A stretch of DNA of 64,000 bases from an uncultured Candidatus Saccharibacteria bacterium. GTDB taxonomy: Bacteria > Patescibacteriota > WWE3 > UBA101185 > 2-01-FULL-41-18. Position 1 is the stretch's first letter. Every line of letters begins with the position of its first letter. Of the stretch, positions 58,201 to 64,000 are shown one piece after another. Position numbers and translations under genes: made by a program. The notes beneath the pieces were generated by a model. That model ran no database searches. It was not told where the DNA came from and was given only the letters and a program-made list of their open reading frames with translations. The stretch lies in contig CAZWQF010000006.1 of assembly GCA_964636285.1 (NCBI GenBank), forward strand, positions 938 through 64,937. The letters run 5' to 3'.

Positions 58201-58686
58201 TCTCCTAACGTAATTAGTAACTTCTTTTTGATAATCTTTGTTGTCTGAAATCACGTCCCCGTCCTTTGAAATGTGCCCCCATTCAGGTGTTAGTGTTGTA
58301 ATGCCCTTGAGGTTTTGTTTTAAAGACGCAAAGCTTGCGGGGTCCCAGTTTACAAAATATCCCACAACTTCTTTTTGAGGAGTTTTATCCGTGGTTTTAG
58401 GTGTGGGTTGATAAGCAATATTTATACTTTGGTTGCTGTGACCTGTTTGTTGAAGGGCATCTACAGTTAAACCTCTGCTTGGCGCCCCGCCTTTTCTTGC
58501 AATTAGGCTACTCGGGTCTTCAATCCCAAAACTGTTTTGAAATTCGGGTATGTTTAAAATAGAGTACCCCATTGCGGTTACTGTGGTTGCAACAAAAATT
58601 GCAAAAACAAAAACTACCGCTAGAAATATATTCCATCTGCTTCTTTTTGAAGAATAAAAGATTGGTTTGACCTCAGAAGACTTCAT
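55294..58686 (-). CDS. GH18 + CE4 deacetylase + GT2 (PgaC/IcaA-like) fusion
   Basis: DGVSIDFE, MAYDEH; TFDDGP, HTFSH, RPPYG, LLHD; DDGS, DAD, AED, QRYRW. Confidence 0.92.
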   Translation of the reverse strand: MKSSEVKPIFYSSKRSRWNIFLAVVFVFAIFVATTVTAMGYSILNIPEFQNSFGIEDPSSLIARKGGAPSRGLTVDALQQTGHSNQSINIAYQPTPKTTDKTPQKEVVGYFVNWDPASFASLKQNLKGITTLTPEWGHISKDGDVISDNKDYQKEVTNYVRRENSSIKIVPLINNYNSDTQSFDPELTAIFLKNETKKQELISNAVKFVKEGQFDGVSIDFENMYPEDMNSFHFFMRDLYARFKSEGLAVSASIPLDDDDFSGFSLSEYSDYLILMAYDEHWAGGEPGAISSQNWFKEKLAWRLQQIPAEKVVVALGQYGYDWQAGTTNAVSLSYDEVMTKAKLAKATFSWDSISANPYFTYVDNGFSAHTLWFLDGITAYNQIKEAQNSGVKGFAMWRLGSEDPQIWALFTKDLNNGGQAVGNMQEMQYGYGINYLGTGETIKIKAMPTMGSREITEDPTTKVLSEKIVTAPNPYTVQRYGLVSKKVALTFDDGPTKKYTTKILDTLKNQGVRGTFFIIGALGNANRDILQRIYNEGNEIGNHTFSHPNLELTSTKEALLEINATQKLIESATGRSTLLFRPPYGEDVEPQTPSQLKTLITAGELGYFTVGMNVDPKDWAKPSALEIAQDVEKKVKNGDGNIVLLHDGGGDRTATIQALPYIISNLKEQGYEFVTVSELMGLTRDQIMPPAKATKPLINYSSNMGFTLAYLFYKFVTNLFVVGIMLGISRQILIFVLAVIQKVSSRKKVYDAKFTPSISIVIPALNEAKVIVRTVDNILRSTYNNLGVIVVDDGSTDSTFEITKAAFKGNPKVKIFQTNGGGKSSAINFAVNQSSAELIMVLDADTLLKANAVSKIVRRFKDTSVGAVAGNAKVGNRVNLLTKFQALEYVTSQNLDRRAFALLNSITVVPGAIGVWRKDLLEKVGGFGTDTLAEDAELTLKVLKLGYKVEYEERAISYTEAPENIRDFIKQRYRWMFGTFQAIWKHQDVILKPKYKFLGLVVVPNVIVFQIAFPLVAPILDVYAMFLVAIDLFQKFQHPSASFEGLGKIAYFYLVFLFVDYLVSVAALMLEEKEEQYLVRLLPLQRVLYRFLFYFISIKVVLSAIKGSNVSWGKLNRTTNVTGIIGSEV

Positions 58687-58706
58687 TCTCTGCTATAATG
58701 CGCTGA

Positions 58707-59540
58707 ATGAAATCGCGCAAATACCTGCTTTTTTTAATACCTATAGTTATCATAGTTTTACTAACTTATATCATTATTAGACAAAGTTCAAGAATTATGA
58801 TGAGTCCTGTAGTTAAATCTAGTTTGACAGGAGGTTCCACAAAACTTTTGGAGATAGTGGAAGCACTTGAGTCGAGCGAATCGAGCACATCAAGCAAAGG
58901 ATCAAAGATTCCAAATCCCCTAGCCTTTGTTGCTGACCTTTTTAAAGAAAAATACCCTGTACACAAAGATATAAGCACTACCTTTTTTTGGGTTGGAGAA
59001 CCTTCCGATGAGGATAACCATTTTATTCCTAACAAAGCGAGCGCTTGGGATGACGAATGGATGAAGCATTACGGTGGTCCTGACGATCCCGAAAAAAGAA
59101 AAAACCTCCTTCCCGAAAACTTTAAGCCAAAAGAAAACCCATTTTACTTTGCGCTTCCCTACAATGATTTTGATGAAGATGGAAAAAGACGAAAAGATTT
59201 AAGTAAGGTTGTATATTGGTTTGACCAAAAAAAGTGGGGTAAAGAGGAGTCTATGCTAAAAAATAGGTGGATAAAAATAACCAAGGGGGATAAAGACGCC
59301 TATGCGCAGTGGGAGGATGTAGGTCCTTTTGGAGAAGATGACGCCAAGTATGTCTTTGGTAAGTCCGCTCCAAAAAATAAAGACAACAAAAGTGCAGGTC
59401 TTGATGTCTCGCCTGCCGTAAAAGAATACTTAGGTCTTAAAGATTTGGATAAAACAGATTGGCAATTTGTTGATGAAAAGGACGTACCTGATGGCCCTTG
59501 GAAAGAGGTTATAACCAAATCTCAGGTTAATTGGAAATAA
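58707..59540 (+). CDS. Membrane-anchored hypothetical protein, possible DPBB-like glycan-active domain
   Basis: TM anchor; ALPYND, WEDVGP, LDVSPAV. Confidence 0.65.
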   Translation: MKSRKYLLFLIPIVIIVLLTYIIIRQSSRIMMSPVVKSSLTGGSTKLLEIVEALESSESSTSSKGSKIPNPLAFVADLFKEKYPVHKDISTTFFWVGEPSDEDNHFIPNKASAWDDEWMKHYGGPDDPEKRKNLLPENFKPKENPFYFALPYNDFDEDGKRRKDLSKVVYWFDQKKWGKEESMLKNRWIKITKGDKDAYAQWEDVGPFGEDDAKYVFGKSAPKNKDNKSAGLDVSPAVKEYLGLKDLDKTDWQFVDEKDVPDGPWKEVITKSQVNWK

Positions 59541-59550
59541 CTTTAATTAT

Positions 59551-59596
59551 GTCAAAAGCGCCGTTGGGTTTTTTGCCCGCCGGCGCTTTTTGAGAC
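59551..59596 (-). terminator. Hairpin terminator of island 8 (probably bidirectional)
   Basis: AAAAGCGCCG / CGGCGCTTTT arms. Confidence 0.8.
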
Positions 59597-59602
59597 TTTT
59601 TG

Positions 59603-59839
59603 TTAGGCAACTCCAAGACAGCTCGCCAGCTCATTGAACGCCACATCCGAGCCGTCCGTTTTCCAGTGATGGTTGGCATAAAAAGCCGCAGTTTGCCACC
59701 CCGCAAAATACCTAAGAAAGGCCCCAACATTGTCTCCACTCATCCGATTCATCATGCTGGCAAGAGCTTCTCTTGGGTTCTCGCTTCCCTTGACGCTCTC
59801 AACCATTTGGTCATATTTGGAGGTGTCGAGAAGTTCCAT
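59603..59839 (-). CDS. Orphan island 8: 78 aa hypothetical protein
   Basis: AGGAG and GAGGT upstream of ATG; GC-richer than flanks. Confidence 0.7.
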   Translation of the reverse strand: MELLDTSKYDQMVESVKGSENPREALASMMNRMSGDNVGAFLRYFAGWQTAAFYANHHWKTDGSDVAFNELASCLGVA

Positions 59840-59911
59840 TTTAACCTCTAGCTCCTGTGAAAGCAGGATACTTGTGGGTTATATATTACCCTATAGTGCG
59901 AGTTTTTACAA
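59840..59911 (-). promoter_or_regulatory. Island 8 promoter and leader
   Basis: TTGTAA-17-TAATAT with CTATAG in the spacer; AACCCACAA; hairpin TCCTG/CAGGA. Confidence 0.6.
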
Positions 59912-59980
59912 ACCAGTCTGCCTTCCTTCCCCCCCCCTCATTCTATTGCGGTTTTCTTCGGGTTTTATTAAAATACCACT

Positions 59981-61378
59981 GTGTTCCCCAGGAAAATGAC
60001 ATTTGTAGATGTCGAAACAACCGGCGGCTCGTACAGGCGAGACCGAATAATAGAAATAGCTCTTATCCAAACCGAAGACGGAAAAATAACAAGTACCTTT
60101 CAATCATTAATTAATCCAGAACAACGGGTTCCAGAGTCAATTCTTGAAATGACAGGGGTTATACAGGCAGAGCTTGAAAAGGCGCCTACTTTTAGTGAGG
60201 TAGTGCAAGAAGTGGGGGAGCTTTTGGCCGATTCGGTTTTTGTTGCTCACAACGCAGCGTTTGATTACGGATTTGTTAAAAACGAATTTAGACTCCTTGA
60301 GAAGAACTATTCTGCAAAATGTCTCTGTACGGTCAAGTTATCAAGAGCACTATTCCCAAGCTACAGGTCTCACAGTCTTGATAGCCTGATAAAAAGATTT
60401 GGGTTTGAGGTTAATAATAGGCATAGGGCTTATGATGACGCCAAAGTAATGGTTGATTTTTTTGATCTTGTAAAATCTCAATTTGAACCTGAAAAAATAG
60501 AAAAAGCTGTGAGCGCTATTCTTAAAAGGCCTTCAATTCCTGTTCGTATCTCAGAGAAAAAGCTTAATAGTTTGCATGAAGGGCCTGGAGTATATATTTT
60601 TTATGGCGACACGGGGATTCCGCTATACATTGGAAAGAGCGTGAGTGTTAGGGATAGGGTTCTTTCGCACTTTTCTGCGTCTAGCTTTTCAAGTACCGAG
60701 CTAAATATTGCTTCGCAAATAAAAGATATTGAAGTTATAAAGACGGAAGGGGAGCTTGGAGCTTTATTAAAGGAATCGGAGCTTATAAAAAGGATGCTAC
60801 CTGTGTATAACAAAAGGCTTAGGGTTGTTGAGAACCTGGCTTATATTAAAGGCGGGATAAACAGCCAGGGGTATAAAACTATTTTTCTTACTACTGATGC
60901 TCTTGAGGAGGGGGAGACCCTTGGAATTTTTAAAACTCAAAAACAAGCTAAAGATAGAATTGAGGAGCTTTGTGAAAAGCATAGGCTTTGTAAGAAGCTT
61001 CTTGGGCTTGAAAAATCTCACACAAAAGGACAATCGTGTTGTTTTGGGCATCACCTTGGGAAGTGTAAAGGTGCTTGTGTGGGCGAGGAGCCTGCAAAAA
61101 TGTACAACCTTAGATTTGATATGGCATTTGTGGAGACAAAGCTTAAATCCTGGCCTTTTAAAGGTCCTGTTTTAATAACCGAAGGAGACTCGGCTGTTAT
61201 TGTTGATAACTGGGTCTGCAAAAGTGTAGAAACAAATATTTCAGAGGTGCCTTTGGGAAAAGAAGGGTTGCCTGATTTAAGTGGTTTGCACGAGACAAAA
61301 TTTGATCTGGATACCTACAAGATTCTTTCAAGTTACATTTTTTCAAAGAAAAACCAGAAAAATATAAAGGTGATGTAG
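59981..61378 (+). CDS. DnaQ-like DEDDh exonuclease fused to a GIY-YIG (UvrC/Cho-like) domain
   Basis: DVETTG, AHNAAFD, HRAYDD; PGVYIF...YIGKS...R..SHF. Confidence 0.9.
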   Translation: MFPRKMTFVDVETTGGSYRRDRIIEIALIQTEDGKITSTFQSLINPEQRVPESILEMTGVIQAELEKAPTFSEVVQEVGELLADSVFVAHNAAFDYGFVKNEFRLLEKNYSAKCLCTVKLSRALFPSYRSHSLDSLIKRFGFEVNNRHRAYDDAKVMVDFFDLVKSQFEPEKIEKAVSAILKRPSIPVRISEKKLNSLHEGPGVYIFYGDTGIPLYIGKSVSVRDRVLSHFSASSFSSTELNIASQIKDIEVIKTEGELGALLKESELIKRMLPVYNKRLRVVENLAYIKGGINSQGYKTIFLTTDALEEGETLGIFKTQKQAKDRIEELCEKHRLCKKLLGLEKSHTKGQSCCFGHHLGKCKGACVGEEPAKMYNLRFDMAFVETKLKSWPFKGPVLITEGDSAVIVDNWVCKSVETNISEVPLGKEGLPDLSGLHETKFDLDTYKILSSYIFSKKNQKNIKVM

Positions 61379-61385
61379 GAGGTAG

Positions 61386-61420
61386 AAAAGGCACCCCTAC
61401 GAATATACATAGAGGTGCCT
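61386..61420 (-). terminator. Hairpin terminator of island 9
   Basis: AGGCACC.CTA / TAG.GGTGCCT arms followed by TTT on the minus strand. Confidence 0.75.
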
Positions 61421-61453
61421 CCCTCACAACAAGGTTCGAGATGCGCGTCTTTT

Positions 61454-61702
61454 TCAGCCTTGCAGGCTCTGCTGGACGCCAATCATGTAACAGGAATCTT
61501 TTCCGGTTGCGCCGGGGTGTCCTGGGATTGGCGCTTGAAGGATGGTGTCCATGGCGTTCGCAACATCCTGGGGCATGTCAGCTCTGTTTGCTGGGCGTGG
61601 CTGGTCAACCCACCACTCATGAAACTTTTCCCATGCCCGTTTGACCACGTCCGGGTATTGTTCATGCTCTTCTGGAAGAATCGGAATTCCTCGCGGTAGC
61701 AT
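61454..61702 (-). CDS. Orphan island 9: 82 aa Pro-rich hypothetical protein
   Basis: AAGGAG 8 nt before ATG; GC-rich. Confidence 0.72.
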   Translation of the reverse strand: MLPRGIPILPEEHEQYPDVVKRAWEKFHEWWVDQPRPANRADMPQDVANAMDTILQAPIPGHPGATGKDSCYMIGVQQSLQG

Positions 61703-61774
61703 CAGTGGGTCTCCTTACTTTTGTAGCGATTGTTGTGAGGGCTTTATTATAAAACTTTAAACCTATAGCATCAA
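61703..61774 (-). promoter_or_regulatory. Island 9 promoter and leader
   Basis: TTGATG-17-TATAAT with CTATAG in the spacer; CACAACAA; AAGGAG. Confidence 0.7.
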
Positions 61775-61795
61775 ATTGATTTTTCCCTGAAAAAA

Positions 61796-62179
61796 TCAGA
61801 GGTTTTTATCCAAAAATTCCTTGACCCCATCTATATACCTTTTCTCTGCATCGTAATAAAACGAACAAATGCCAACAGACTCCGCGCTTTTAACAGCTTC
61901 AGGATTGTGTTCAAAATAAACTACGTCATTAGCTTTAAGGTCAAAATGAGCTAGCATTTTTCTAAAGTATTCTGGATCTATTTTATCTGGATTATGTTTT
62001 AGAGAAAAAAGTTCGTACGGAAGATTAGTAAGCCCAAACTTTACTACCTGTTCGTCATTTGCATTTGTTAGAATGATTTTTCTGTTAGGGTATTTTTCTA
62101 GAAGGTCGTGAAGAGGTTTGAACACTCCTTCGCCTTCAATTACAAAAGCATCTACAGCATCAACAAGAATTGTTTTCAC
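61796..62179 (-). CDS. Short HAD-like protein
   Basis: ILVDAVD, ILTN, PDK, YFEHN (atypical motif IV). Confidence 0.7.
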   Translation of the reverse strand: MKTILVDAVDAFVIEGEGVFKPLHDLLEKYPNRKIILTNANDEQVVKFGLTNLPYELFSLKHNPDKIDPEYFRKMLAHFDLKANDVVYFEHNPEAVKSAESVGICSFYYDAEKRYIDGVKEFLDKNL

Positions 62180-62225
62180 TCAGTGAGTATATAACAAGTC
62201 TTGGGTTTATGCCTATAATACCCAG

Positions 62226-63710
62226 GTGAAATTTGCGGTTGTTCTTACGGCACTCTACATTCTTTTTTGCCTCCTGACGTTCAAACACTTTGGAGTTACA
62301 TCTGACGAATATGTAGAGTACCAAAGCGGAAAAGCACTTCTTCATTATTATCAAACAGGAAGTCAATCAAAAAACTTTAATATTTCAGAAAGGCACTTCC
62401 CCACAGAAAGCACCTATTTTAGAGGGCACCTCGCACTTTTTAGCTTTTTAAACCCCAAAGGCTACTATGAAAACTACCATCTATTAAATATGCTTTTTGC
62501 TCTCCCAATATTTCTAATGTTCTATGCGTTGTTACTGCATACCTATAAAGATCAAAAAATTGCTTTTGTTGGAACCCTCTTCCTTTTTGCCACGCCGCGA
62601 TTCTTAGGAGACCTACCTGCCAACCCAAAAGACGTGCCTTTTGCAGTGTTTTACTTTTTAACCCTTGGGGCCATCTACTTATTTCATCAGAAAAAACAAA
62701 ATTTTATTATCAGTTCTGTTGCAATAGGGCTTCTAATAGGAGTAACCACATCTTTTAGATTAGTTGGGGCGTCCTTATTTGTTGTCATGTTTTTTTACTA
62801 TGCTAAAAGATCACCAGTTACTGCTTTACGAGACTCCGTCATTTCATTTTTTATTTCAATTTTAGCCTTGGTTTTACTGCTTCCTTTGTTTTCTCAGGGG
62901 GTTTTGGAAGGCCTTAAAGTTTTGGTTGAAAGTAGTACTAACTTTGAATATTGGAATAATAAGATGCTGTTTATGGGCAAGTTTCTTTCAAAAGAACAAA
63001 GACCTTTTTACTACTTACCTGTGTGGCTTGCTATCACAACTCCTCTGTACCAGATCGTCCTTTTAGTGATATTGCCGTTCCTAATATATTTTCGTAAAGT
63101 AAAAAGAGCAGGCCTGCTATATTTCTTTGGGTTCGCATTTACAGTTAATCTTTTAGCTTACTTGTTAATTAATCCTGTGATCTACAATGGACTTAGGCAC
63201 TTTTTATTTTTAGTTCCAATCCTATCGCTTTTAGCCTGTCTTTCAGCAATTGATCTGTTTACGTTTCTGAATTCCAGGGCAGGCAACTTCAAATTCGTCC
63301 ATTTAATTTTAATATCATTTCTCTTTCTCGTTACGGTAATCAACATTACCAAATCGCACCCTTATGAATACATTTATTTTAACGAATTATCAGGAGGCTT
63401 AAAAAAAGCGATAGGGAATTACGACACAGATTATTGGGGAGCTTCGTACAAAGAAATGTCAGAATGGCTTTTAAAGAACCCTGCAAAAACTCGTTCGATT
63501 AATGTGTACACGTGCGATATGCCTTTTGCAGTCAGCTATTACTCAAAAAAATTATTTCAAGTTGTTTCTGACGAGTCCGAAGCTGATTTTATAGTTTGTG
63601 ACGTGGACAATGTTCCTCAGAAAAAATATGATCTGCCTGTAGTTTATTCTGTTGATAGGGGTGGGGTTTCATTAGGCAGTGTGTTTGATAGCAGCTCGCT
63701 TAAGAAGTAG
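62226..63710 (+). CDS. ArnT/PMT-like GT-C glycosyltransferase
   Basis: SDE loop, NPKDVPF, YNGLRHFLF, DTDYWG, many TM helices. Confidence 0.82.
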   Translation: MKFAVVLTALYILFCLLTFKHFGVTSDEYVEYQSGKALLHYYQTGSQSKNFNISERHFPTESTYFRGHLALFSFLNPKGYYENYHLLNMLFALPIFLMFYALLLHTYKDQKIAFVGTLFLFATPRFLGDLPANPKDVPFAVFYFLTLGAIYLFHQKKQNFIISSVAIGLLIGVTTSFRLVGASLFVVMFFYYAKRSPVTALRDSVISFFISILALVLLLPLFSQGVLEGLKVLVESSTNFEYWNNKMLFMGKFLSKEQRPFYYLPVWLAITTPLYQIVLLVILPFLIYFRKVKRAGLLYFFGFAFTVNLLAYLLINPVIYNGLRHFLFLVPILSLLACLSAIDLFTFLNSRAGNFKFVHLILISFLFLVTVINITKSHPYEYIYFNELSGGLKKAIGNYDTDYWGASYKEMSEWLLKNPAKTRSINVYTCDMPFAVSYYSKKLFQVVSDESEADFIVCDVDNVPQKKYDLPVVYSVDRGGVSLGSVFDSSSLKK

Positions 63711-63920
63711 CGCCTTTTTACCCCAGTGTATTTTGTTCCAAATTCTTTCGTGGAAATAATAAAGAAAGGTATTCACAATCGTTGAGATTCCCGTTACCTC
63801 AAGAGTTATCTTTTGATTTCCCGTAAAGAGAAATACTGTTGTAGCGGTAGAGATTATAATAAGAATTCTATAGGTAATTGTTTTTACAAGAGACCTTTTA
63901 TTGTCTTCTAGATGAGGCAC
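63672..63920 (-). CDS. DUF2061 family small membrane protein
   Basis: RSLVKTITYR, YYFHERIWNKIHWG. Confidence 0.88.
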   Translation of the reverse strand: MPHLEDNKRSLVKTITYRILIIISTATTVFLFTGNQKITLEVTGISTIVNTFLYYFHERIWNKIHWGKKALLLKRAAIKHTA

Positions 63921-64000
63921 TGGTTTATTATATATGAACTTATTGTATAAACCTACTCTGAGCTTAGCTATTGGATCCTACCTTCTTGCTGCCTCTTCAA

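Noticed and set aside
15506-61420. Long imperfect 3' hairpins as integron attC sites or a REP/MITE family
   Set aside because: No RYYYAAC/GTTRRRY ends were seen, the hairpins share no sequence with each other, the cassettes are dispersed rather than arrayed, and each has its own promoter.
1-64000. CRISPR array, rRNA, IS element or prophage
   Set aside because: No regularly spaced repeats, rRNA-like stretch, transposase or phage structural gene was recognised. The holin-like YvlD gene is a common chromosomal family.

Overview
A 64 kb chromosomal segment with about 70 CDS from a small-genome, AT-rich bacterium. Gene content suggests Patescibacteria/CPR, Microgenomates/WWE3-like (inference from the ATP-dependent DNA ligase, split transketolase, non-oxidative pentose phosphate genes, DsbA/VKOR pairs and ComF). 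The window contains dnaA with a probable oriC at about 52.3-52.6 kb, housekeeping genes (mnmA, trxB, mutM, recF, lgt, rpiB, rpe, nth, ftsH, trpS) and three tRNAs: an atypical tRNA-fMet, a CAU tRNA, and a rare tRNA-Ile(UAU). The most striking pattern is two gene-expression architectures in one genome. Many core genes look leaderless, with a -10 box 6-8 nt before the start codon. Nine dispersed 0.3-1.4 kb islands (12 orphan ORFs, one frameshifted) instead share a full -35/-10 promoter, an A/C-rich 5' tag (often CAACAAC), usually a 5' hairpin, a Shine-Dalgarno, GC-richer coding sequence and a long 3' hairpin, with no mobility genes or att sites beside them. Their function is unknown; one hypothesis is that these mRNAs are built for a different (host) ribosome. 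All calls come from reading the sequence and ORF translations; no database searches or folding programs were run.
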